From an uncultured delta proteobacterium (lineage in GTDB: Bacteria > Myxococcota_A > Polyangia > Palsa-1104): a stretch of 64,000 bases of DNA. The translations under genes and the position numbers were made by a program. The stretch lies in the NCBI GenBank assembly GCA_963785725.1, contig CAWAWS010000003.1, positions 288,001-352,000 of the forward strand, read 5' to 3'. The notes below the pieces were generated by a model. That model did no database searches. It saw nothing but the letters and a program-made list of their open reading frames with translations, and was not told the origin of the DNA. Shown piece by piece: positions 19,676 through 27,615 of this stretch (within the stretch, counting starts at the first letter, position 1; every line of letters starts with the position of its first letter).

Positions 19676-20279
19676 ATGCGCCAATCGACCCTCTATCTTT
19701 GCCGGCACGGGGACACCGAGTGGTCCACCGTGCGACGCCTCGCCGGTCGCACCGATCTGCCGCTGACGGCGCAAGGTGAAGCCAACGCGCGCCAGCTCGG
19801 GACGCGGCTGCACGACGTCATCTTCGATCGCGCGCTGATGAGCCCGCTCTTGCGCGCCCGCCGCACCGCCGAGCTCGCCGGCTTCGCCAAGGCGCACGTC
19901 GACGATCGGCTGCGCGAGATGGACTTCGGCCGCTACGAAGGGCTCACCATCGCCGACATTCGCCGCCAACAGCCCGACTGGACCTATCTGCGCGACGGGT
20001 GTCCCGGCGGCGAAGACGCCGACGATCCTCGGCCGTCGCGCCGACGCGCTGCTCGCCGACCTCGAGTCCGCCGGCGGCCGCGTCGTGCTGTTCGCGCACA
20101 GCGTGATCCTGCGCGTCCTGACCGCGCGCTTCTTGGGTCTGCCGGCGAGCGCGGGTCGCATGTTCATGATGTCGCCAGGCGCGCTCAGCATCCTCGGCTA
20201 CGACACAGTCGAAGAAGCGCGCGCCATCGCCAGCTGGAACGACAGCCGCCACCTGAGCGGCCAAGCTGGATTCGCCTGA
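19676..20279 (+). CDS. Histidine phosphatase family protein, one frameshift near 20027
   Basis: RHGDT, SPLLRA, LREMDFG, FAHS motifs across two frames. Confidence 0.85.
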
Positions 20280-20363
20280 AGCCGAAGAGCGGCGACGCAC
20301 CGCTCGCTCGCTCGCCGTCGTAGCAAAAATGTGGCTCGCTCGCCGGCCATCGAGGCAAGATTG

Positions 20364-20379
20364 TGGCCGCTCGCTTGCA
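20364..20379 (+). promoter_or_regulatory. Putative sigma54 promoter (leaderless geometry)
   Basis: TGGCCG-N5-TTGCA ending 12 nt before the ATG. Confidence 0.55.
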
Positions 20380-20391
20380 CTATCGACGGTC

Positions 20392-20904
20392 ATGAAACGA
20401 GTCCTACTGGTCGACGATGATGCGGACAGCCGCGATCTCTACGCCCGCTATCTCGACGAGGAGGGCTTCGACGTTTCCGTGGCCAGCGACGGTGCCGAAG
20501 CGGTGGCGCTGGCGTCGGCGGTGCCGCCGGACGCGATCGTGATGGACGTCTCCATGCCCGGCATGGGCGGGCCGGAAGCAGCGGGGCGGCTGCGCGGCGG
20601 TGATACGACGGCCACGATTCCCATCGTCGCCTTGACCGCCGAGCCGCTGGCCGAGGTCGAGAGCAGCAGCTTCGACACGATGTTGGCGAAGCCCTATCCG
20701 CCGCCGGCGCTGGCCGAGCTGTTGACGGAGCTGATGACCGCGACGACCACCACGACGATTGCAGCGGCGCCCGCAGCGGCGATCGCAGCGACGCCCAACA
20801 CGACGATCGACACGACCATAAAAGCGACGATCGCAGCGCCGGCCGACCACGCCGACGACGCGACCGTCAGCGTGACACAGCCGGGCGACCACCGCGCGTC
20901 TTAG
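20392..20904 (+). CDS. Single-domain response regulator with Thr/Ala-rich tail
   Basis: LLVDD, MDVSMP, ALTA, AKP receiver motifs. Confidence 0.85.
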   Translation: MKRVLLVDDDADSRDLYARYLDEEGFDVSVASDGAEAVALASAVPPDAIVMDVSMPGMGGPEAAGRLRGGDTTATIPIVALTAEPLAEVESSSFDTMLAKPYPPPALAELLTELMTATTTTTIAAAPAAAIAATPNTTIDTTIKATIAAPADHADDATVSVTQPGDHRAS

Positions 20905-20935
20905 CGTCGAGCGTGCCTTCGGTCGACGCGGGCGT

Positions 20936-22273
20936 TCAGTCTTTGCCGTCGTTGGGCATGCCGAGATGCTTCATGCGCGCATACAACAGCGCGCGCCGAA
21001 TGCCGAGCAGCCGCGCCGCCTGCGCCCGATTGCCCTGCGCGACGACGAGCGCGCGCTCGATCAGCTGCCGCTCGACGCGCTCCAGATTCGGCCGCAGCGC
21101 GAGGTCGGTCTCGCTCGGCGTCGCGGCGGCGATCGGCGGCGCCGGCAGCTGCAGGTCGTCGACATCGAGCACTTCGGCGCGGGACATCGCGCAGGCGCTC
21201 TCGATGACATGGCGCAGCTGACGCACGTTGCCCGGCCAATCGAAGTCGACGAGCCGCAACATCGCCTCCTCCGACACCGCGCGCCGCTCGGGGCCGGCCG
21301 CGCGCACGAACGCGTCGACGAGCAGCGGAATATCCTGGCGCCGCTCGGCCAACGGCGGCACTTCGATGCGAATGACGCCCAGCCGGTAATACAGATCCTC
21401 GCGCAAGGTCGCGCCCGGGCTGCCCGGCGTCACCGGCCGCGACGTGGCCGCGACGAGCCGCGCCGTCGACGTCTGCCGCGCCGTGCCGCCGACGCGCTCG
21501 AAGCCACCGTCCTCGCAGACGCGCAGGAGCTTGGTTTGCACGGCCGCGTCCAAGTCGCCGATCTCGTCGAGGAAGAGCGTGCCGCCGTGAGCCAAATGAA
21601 AGCGGCCTTCGCGCCGCTCGACGGCACCGGTGAACGCGCCTTTTTCGTGGCCGAACAGCTCGCTCTCGACCAGCGTCGGCGGCAGCGCCGCGATGTTGAC
21701 GGCCACGAACGGCGCCGCCGCGCCCAAGCCGTGCGCGGCGATGGCGCGCGCCACCAGCTCCTTGCCGACGCCGGTCTCGCCCAAGATCAACACCGGCGCG
21801 CGCGAGGCGGCGGCGCGACCGATGGCCTTCCACACTTTGAGCATCTCGGGGCTGGAGCCGATGAGCGCGTCGCTGGTGCCGGTCGGCTCGACGTGTGCCG
21901 GCGTCGGCGAGCGCACGGCGCGGGCGACGCAGGCGACGAGCGCGTCCAGATCGAACGGCTTGGTGACGTATTCGAAGGCGCCGAGGCGCATGGCGCGGAT
22001 GGTGCGCTCGCTGTCGCCGTAGGCCGTCGCCATGATGACCGGCAGCTGCGGCAGCGACTGACGCAGCTTGGCCAGCAGATCGATGCCGTCCCCGTCTTTG
22101 AGGCGAATGTCGAGCAGCACGGCCGCGAACGAATGCTGCGCCAACAGCCGCTCGGCCGCCGCGATGCCGTCGGCCACGTCGACGACGTAGCCGGCGTCGC
22201 GAAAGTGGCCGGCGAGCGCGTCGCGAATGGTGCGCTCATCCTCGACGACCAGTAGGCGCAGCGTCGCGGTCAT
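20936..22273 (-). CDS. Sigma54-dependent response regulator (NtrC/AtoC family)
   Basis: Receiver, GETGVGKE, GAFTGA, LFLDEIG, WPGNVRQL, Fis-type HTH. Confidence 0.95.
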   Translation of the reverse strand: MTATLRLLVVEDERTIRDALAGHFRDAGYVVDVADGIAAAERLLAQHSFAAVLLDIRLKDGDGIDLLAKLRQSLPQLPVIMATAYGDSERTIRAMRLGAFEYVTKPFDLDALVACVARAVRSPTPAHVEPTGTSDALIGSSPEMLKVWKAIGRAAASRAPVLILGETGVGKELVARAIAAHGLGAAAPFVAVNIAALPPTLVESELFGHEKGAFTGAVERREGRFHLAHGGTLFLDEIGDLDAAVQTKLLRVCEDGGFERVGGTARQTSTARLVAATSRPVTPGSPGATLREDLYYRLGVIRIEVPPLAERRQDIPLLVDAFVRAAGPERRAVSEEAMLRLVDFDWPGNVRQLRHVIESACAMSRAEVLDVDDLQLPAPPIAAATPSETDLALRPNLERVERQLIERALVVAQGNRAQAARLLGIRRALLYARMKHLGMPNDGKD

Positions 22274-23775
22274 GGCAGCTCGACGTCGAAGATAGTGCGC
22301 TCGGTGGCTCGACGATAGGTCAGCTGCGCGCCCTGCGCGGCCAACAGCGAGCGGCTGAGGAAGAGGCCGAGGCCGGTGCCCAGCGACTTCGTCGTGAAAA
22401 AGGGCTCGAACAGCTCGCCCACGCGGCCCGCGGGAATGCCTTTGCCGTCGTCGCGCACCTCGACGTGGATGCGCTCGCCGGCACGCACGACCACGACATC
22501 GACGCTGCCACCGTCAGGGCTGGCCTCGACGGCGTTGCGCAGCAAGTTGTCGAGGACGGCGGTCAGGACCTCGCGGTTGCCGTCGATGTGCGCGCTGCCC
22601 GAGCGCTGCACGCGTACGTTGCAGGCCGCGGCCAGCGCCTCGGCCTGGCGGATGCGCTCGTCGATGAGCGCGTCGAGCGCCAGCGGCTCGCGATCGGTCG
22701 GCGCCTTGCGCGCGACGAGCAACAGCGAGCTGACGACACGATCGAGGCGCGCGATCTCCTCCAGGCAGATCTCGACGTCGGCGCGGGCGCGATCGTCCAA
22801 GCCGCGGCGCATGAGCCCGTCGAGCTTGAGCTTGATGCCGGTGATGGGGTTGCGCACCTCGTGAGCGACGCCGGCGACGACGCGGCCGAGCCCGGCCAGG
22901 CGCTGCTCGTGGTCGAGGCGCCGTTCGAGCGCGCGCTCGCGCGAGCGCGTGTCGGCCAGCTCGGCGGCCATGGCGCGCAGGCCGGCGGCGACGCGGTTGA
23001 GCTCGGCGGCGCGCGGCGCGGGGATGTCGGCGCGCAGGTCGGCGCGCAGCCGCACCAGCGCCGTCTCCAGCTCGCCCGTCCCGCGCCGCAGCGTCCGCCA
23101 GCCGTCGAGCGTCATGACGACGAGCAACAAGCACACCAGCGTCATGCTGCCGACTTCGAGGAGCAGCTGACCGCGCGGCGCGTGCGGCGGTGGCGCCGGC
23201 GGCAGCCGCGTCAGCGACCAAGCCACGAGGTTGGCGGCGTCGATGGCGCGCGCCGAGACGAGCAGCAGATCGTGCGGCAGCGCGCGGCGCAGATGCTGCG
23301 TCTGGCGCGAGCCGCCGGCGCGCGCGCAGGCCATCGCCGCCAAGTCGAAGTCGGCCGGCAAGAGGCGCGGGCGCGGCATGCCGTTGCGCGACGAGCGCGC
23401 GACCAGCACGGTGCCGTCGCTGGCGCAGTAGCCGCCGCTCGAGTGGGCGACGGTGGTCAAGAGCTCGTCGACGCCGGTGGCGACCGGGCCGGCCGGCGCG
23501 GCGGCGCGCGCGCCGTCGCAGTCGGGGCCGAAGCAGTCGTCGTCGTCGCCGTGGTCGTCGTCGGAGCCGCGCGGCGCGCGCAGCTGCGCGACCGCGAGCC
23601 GATGGTCGACCGCCTGCCGCGCCAGCGCGTCGACGAGCCCGTCGGCCGCGATGACCGCCGCCGCCTCGCGCACCGAGTCGCGATCGGCGCGCAGCTGATT
23701 GAACGCCAGCGCCGCCGTGGCCACGAGGACGACGACGAGACAAAGGATCAGGGAGAACCGGCGCCGAAAGGACAT
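22270..23775 (-). CDS. Membrane sensor histidine kinase
   Basis: Two TM helices; AHEVRNP H-box, NLLRNA, DDGKG, FFTTK, GTGLGL; overlaps the regulator start. Confidence 0.93.
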   Translation of the reverse strand: MSFRRRFSLILCLVVVLVATAALAFNQLRADRDSVREAAAVIAADGLVDALARQAVDHRLAVAQLRAPRGSDDDHGDDDDCFGPDCDGARAAAPAGPVATGVDELLTTVAHSSGGYCASDGTVLVARSSRNGMPRPRLLPADFDLAAMACARAGGSRQTQHLRRALPHDLLLVSARAIDAANLVAWSLTRLPPAPPPHAPRGQLLLEVGSMTLVCLLLVVMTLDGWRTLRRGTGELETALVRLRADLRADIPAPRAAELNRVAAGLRAMAAELADTRSRERALERRLDHEQRLAGLGRVVAGVAHEVRNPITGIKLKLDGLMRRGLDDRARADVEICLEEIARLDRVVSSLLLVARKAPTDREPLALDALIDERIRQAEALAAACNVRVQRSGSAHIDGNREVLTAVLDNLLRNAVEASPDGGSVDVVVVRAGERIHVEVRDDGKGIPAGRVGELFEPFFTTKSLGTGLGLFLSRSLLAAQGAQLTYRRATERTIFDVELP

Positions 23776-23799
23776 CGAGGTCGCTCGCGACGATCGTGG

Positions 23800-23815
23800 A
23801 GCAGGACCCGTGCCG
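23800..23815 (-). promoter_or_regulatory. Putative sigma54 promoter of the kinase-regulator operon
   Basis: CGGCAC-N5-CTGCT on minus strand. Confidence 0.5.
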
Positions 23816-23854
23816 AGTAAAGCCCGCGCCGCCGCTGCCGAGCCCGAGCGCGGC

Positions 23855-23890
23855 TGAACGCTCAGCGTTCACTGTGTACGCTGAGCGTAC
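23855..23890. promoter_or_regulatory. Twin palindromic sites (putative enhancer/UAS)
   Basis: TGAACGCT-c-AGCGTTCA and GTACGCT-g-AGCGTAC, centres 20 bp apart. Confidence 0.7.
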
Positions 23891-23932
23891 GCCGACGACG
23901 GGCGAAGTCGGCGGCGGACGCGGCTTTCCGCG

Positions 23933-23948
23933 TGGCGCACGGCTTGCT
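23933..23948 (+). promoter_or_regulatory. Sigma54 -24/-12 promoter of the dioxygenase-like operon
   Basis: TGGCGC-N5-TTGCT followed by a GGAGGG RBS. Confidence 0.7.
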
Positions 23949-23970
23949 GAGTCGGCCGGCGGAGGGACAC

Positions 23971-24852
23971 ATGAAGAACATCGTTCGCCCGGTTCGTTCG
24001 CGTCGAATGGCGGCCACGCCCAGCCGTCGCGAGGCGCTGCAGCTCATCGGCGCGGTCGGCGTCAGCGCCATCGTCGGCTGCTCGTCGAGCAGCAGCGGCA
24101 GCGGCGCTGGCGGCGGCGGCGGATCGACCACCGGCGGCGGCGTCGACGCCGGCACGGACGCGGCGGCCAACGCCGACGACGCCGGCGCCGACCTCGCGAC
24201 CGCCGGCAGCGACGCCGCGCAAGCGTCCGAATGCGTGCTGACGGCCGAGCAAGAGGAGGGACCGTTCTACATCGCCGTCGACGCCATCCGCAGCGACATC
24301 ACCGACGGCAAAGCGGGCGTGCCCTTGGCGCTGACGTTCACCATCATCGACGTCACGACTTGCCAGCCGCTCGCCAACGCCGCGCTCGACATCTGGCACT
24401 GCGACTACACCGGCATCTACTCGGACGAAGCCTCGCAGAGCACGACCGGGCAGACGTTCCATCGCGGCGTGCAGATCACCAACGCCGCCGGCCAAGCGTC
24501 CTTCGCCAGCGTCTTTCCCGGCTGGTACGACGGCCGCACGATTCACGTGCACATCAAAGTGCATATCGGCGGCGCCGCCAGCGGCAGCACCTATAGCGGC
24601 GGCCACGTCTCGCATACGGGAAACGTCTTCTTCCCGCAAGCGCTCAATGACGCCGTCGCGGCCGTCAGCCCTTATGACACCGGCGATACCAACGCGCGGA
24701 CCTTGAACGCCAATGACAATGTTTGGAGCAACCAAAATGGCAGTAAATATGTTTGCACGGTCGCCGGATCGGCCAGCTCGGCGATTACGGCGTCGATCGT
24801 GCTCGGCGTCGATCCGACCGCGACGCCGGTCTTGATCGGCGTGCACTCTTAA
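23971..24852 (+). CDS. Exported intradiol ring-cleavage dioxygenase-like lipoprotein
   Basis: Tat-like SRREAL plus IVGC; EGPFY, IWHCDYTGIYS, PGWYDGRTIHVH. Confidence 0.88.
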   Translation: MKNIVRPVRSRRMAATPSRREALQLIGAVGVSAIVGCSSSSSGSGAGGGGGSTTGGGVDAGTDAAANADDAGADLATAGSDAAQASECVLTAEQEEGPFYIAVDAIRSDITDGKAGVPLALTFTIIDVTTCQPLANAALDIWHCDYTGIYSDEASQSTTGQTFHRGVQITNAAGQASFASVFPGWYDGRTIHVHIKVHIGGAASGSTYSGGHVSHTGNVFFPQALNDAVAAVSPYDTGDTNARTLNANDNVWSNQNGSKYVCTVAGSASSAITASIVLGVDPTATPVLIGVHS

Positions 24853-24871
24853 TGCGCGACAAAGGAGACGA

Positions 24872-26044
24872 ATGGCAATGAGAAGCTCGTTATGCGCGCT
24901 GACGCTGTTGTCGGCCTGCTCGTTGGCGCAATCGACGACGGCGCCGGCGCAAACGGCGAAGCCGACGGCCGCGGCCACCGCGCCGGTCGCGAGCGACCCG
25001 ACGGCCGCGACCGTGGCCGCCGCCGATGCATTTCTGGCCACGCTCGATGACGCCGGACGCGCCAAGGCGAGCCTCCCGTTCGCCAGCACGCAGAAGGCGA
25101 CCTGGTCGAATTTCCCGGTGGGAATGGTGCAGCGCAACGGCGTGCGCTGGGGCGACTTGAATGCGCGGCAACGCGAGTCGGCCACGCGCTTATTGGCGAC
25201 CGCGCTGAGTAAACCGGGCCTCGATAAGGTGCACGCCATCATGCAAGGCGACGAGCTCCTCAAAGTCGCGGAGCGTGAGCATCCGAGCGGCCCGCCGCTG
25301 GGCCGACCGGACGGACCGCCCAATGGCGCGCGAAATGGGCCGGCGCACGGCGCGCGACCGCCGGGACAGGGTCCGCCGCCGGGATTCACCGGGCCCCACT
25401 TCGGTCGCGACGAGTATTATCTGGCACTCTTCGGCGCGCCTTCGTCGACGAGCCCGTGGATGATTCAATTCGGTGGGCATCACTTGGCGATCAATCTGAC
25501 GATCGTTGGCCGGCACAGCGTCATGACGCCGAGCTTACCGGCCGCGCAGCCGGCGACTTACCAGCTCGACGATCGAACGATACGGCCGCTCGGTCGCGAG
25601 AATGACGAAGCCTTCGCGCTCATCAATGCGCTCGATAAGGAGCAACAAAAGAAGGCGATATTGAATTATCAAGTGAGCGATTTGGTGCTCGGGCCCGGTG
25701 AAGATGGCAAGACGATTCAGCCCGAAGGCATCAAAGCGGCCGAGCTGAATCGGACGCAACAGCGCCTGCTGCTCGAGTTGGCGCACGAATGGGTCGGCAT
25801 CATCAATGACGAAGCGGCGGCGGCGCGAATGGCCGATATCGAATCCCATTTGGCCGACACTTGGTTCGCCTGGAGCGGACCGACCACGAACGGCAGCAGC
25901 GCCTATTTCCGCATTCAAGGGCCGACGTTATTGATCGAATATTCGCCGCAGCGAATGCGCGGTGACAATGGCCTCGACGTCGATCATATCCACACGATCT
26001 ATCGCGATCCGACGAACGATTACGGCGCGCGGCTGGTCCAGTGA
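24872..26044 (+). CDS. DUF3500-like lipoprotein
   Basis: WSNFP, YYLALFGAPS, QFGGHHLAINLT, YFRIQGP, HIHTIYRDPTNDYG. Confidence 0.85.
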   Translation: MAMRSSLCALTLLSACSLAQSTTAPAQTAKPTAAATAPVASDPTAATVAAADAFLATLDDAGRAKASLPFASTQKATWSNFPVGMVQRNGVRWGDLNARQRESATRLLATALSKPGLDKVHAIMQGDELLKVAEREHPSGPPLGRPDGPPNGARNGPAHGARPPGQGPPPGFTGPHFGRDEYYLALFGAPSSTSPWMIQFGGHHLAINLTIVGRHSVMTPSLPAAQPATYQLDDRTIRPLGRENDEAFALINALDKEQQKKAILNYQVSDLVLGPGEDGKTIQPEGIKAAELNRTQQRLLLELAHEWVGIINDEAAAARMADIESHLADTWFAWSGPTTNGSSAYFRIQGPTLLIEYSPQRMRGDNGLDVDHIHTIYRDPTNDYGARLVQ

Positions 26045-26631
26045 AGCTGGCGGCCTTGGCGTTCGTGGCCGGTGCGTTCGTCTGTCCGGCGACGGCGACG
26101 GCGCACGTGCTCGACCAATATCTGCAAGTGGCGCAATTAACGCTCGCGCCCGACGGCGTCGGCGTCGAGCTGCGCCTGATTCCCGGCGTGCAAGTCGCCG
26201 ATCGCGTCTTCGCCGCCATCGACAGCAATCGCGACGGGCGGATCGCGCCCGCCGAAGCGGAGGCGTATGCGCGAGCGGTCATGCTCGCGCTGACGCTCGC
26301 GATCGATGGCCGGCGGGTGCCGTTGACGCTCGTCGGCGCGCAGTTTCCGTCGCGCTCGGAGATGCAGGACGGCGTCGGCGTCATTCGCCTGCAGCTGACC
26401 GCGCAGGCGTCGTTCATGACGGAGGGCCGGCATCGCGTCGATATGCGTAATGATTATTGGCCCGAAATCGGCGTTTATCTCGTCAACGTGCTCGTGCCCA
26501 AGAGCGCGACCATGACCGTCGCACGACAAGCGCGCGACCGCTTGCAACACGAATTGCAGCTCGACGTCGAGATCGCGCGAGCGAAGCGCGGCCTATTGAC
26601 GCGGCTACGCGACGTATTCAGTCGGATTTAG
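26041..26631 (+). CDS. Exported hypothetical protein with EF-hand-like loop
   Basis: Signal ending ATA-H; AHVLDQYLQ; DSNRDGRIAPAE; overlaps upstream stop. Confidence 0.75.
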   Translation: MKLAALAFVAGAFVCPATATAHVLDQYLQVAQLTLAPDGVGVELRLIPGVQVADRVFAAIDSNRDGRIAPAEAEAYARAVMLALTLAIDGRRVPLTLVGAQFPSRSEMQDGVGVIRLQLTAQASFMTEGRHRVDMRNDYWPEIGVYLVNVLVPKSATMTVARQARDRLQHELQLDVEIARAKRGLLTRLRDVFSRI

Positions 26632-26654
26632 CCCGCCAATCCTAAGTGTGATGA

Positions 26655-27551
26655 TTAGGAAGCCTGCGCCTCGGCGGCGTGGCGGAAGATCTTGTAGTGC
26701 AGTCGCAGCACCGGCATTCCCAAGAAACGCACCGCATGGTCGCAGCGCAAGACGCCGCGCTCGTCGACATAAACGTGGAAATGCTCTTTGAGCGAACGGA
26801 TATGCCACACGCAGACGCGATCGCGGGCCCGCGCTTGCACGCGATAAAAGCCGACGTCGCCGAAGCGCGTGCCCGACGAATCGAGGATCAACGAGCCATC
26901 GGCGCGCAGCTCGGGGCGCAACAGCACGGTCGCGTTGCCGCGCGGCATCGGGAACACGACCTTGACGCACGGTCCGGGCGCGTTCGGCGCGCGCTCGGTC
27001 ATGTAAAAGCCGGTATAGAGCACGCGCTGCTGCTGCGCCATCGTGCGAAACCAGCCGGTGTAACGCACGCTGCCGTCGGGTCGGCGCAGCGAAATGATCT
27101 CGCTGACCATGCCGTGCGCGGTCTCGAGCGGCGACAGCGGGAAATTCAGCTGATCGACCTGGCGACTGATCGTCTTGACGAGCAGCTGCAGCGCCACACT
27201 CGACGGGAAGTAGGTCTCGCTCCACACGTCCATCGCGAACCGCGCCGTGTGCTCGTAGAAGTCGCGCACGAGCGGATGCAGCCGTGTCGGATCGAAGCCG
27301 TCGCCGGCCAGCGCCGTGAAGTCGGGCACGAGGCCGCTCGTGCGCGCGTCGCGCTCGACGGTGAGCCCTTCGGCGGCGGCGACGTCGCGATAGGGCGCGT
27401 CGCCGATGACGTCGCCGCCCATTGGACCGACGAGCCAGGCGAGGTCGGCGCGGCGATGCGTGCGACCGAAGAGCCAGATGAGCGCGTAGATGAATTGGGC
27501 GCCGATCTTTCCGACGATCGACGCCAACCAGCCGACGCGCTGCCGCTCCAT
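26655..27551 (-). CDS. Conserved hypothetical protein
   Basis: Long ORF with coding-like bias; LHPLVRDFYEHT and VFPMPRGNATV blocks. Confidence 0.7.
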   Translation of the reverse strand: MERQRVGWLASIVGKIGAQFIYALIWLFGRTHRRADLAWLVGPMGGDVIGDAPYRDVAAAEGLTVERDARTSGLVPDFTALAGDGFDPTRLHPLVRDFYEHTARFAMDVWSETYFPSSVALQLLVKTISRQVDQLNFPLSPLETAHGMVSEIISLRRPDGSVRYTGWFRTMAQQQRVLYTGFYMTERAPNAPGPCVKVVFPMPRGNATVLLRPELRADGSLILDSSGTRFGDVGFYRVQARARDRVCVWHIRSLKEHFHVYVDERGVLRCDHAVRFLGMPVLRLHYKIFRHAAEAQAS

Positions 27552-27615
27552 CGCCTGCAACGTAACACGCCGGCGCGGTAACGGCCGGCGACTGCGCGCA
27601 CGATCGCGCGCGACG

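Noticed and set aside
20020..20035. Single frameshift in the histidine phosphatase as a true pseudogene
   Set aside because: One extra base separates two otherwise intact halves; consistent with the same error mode
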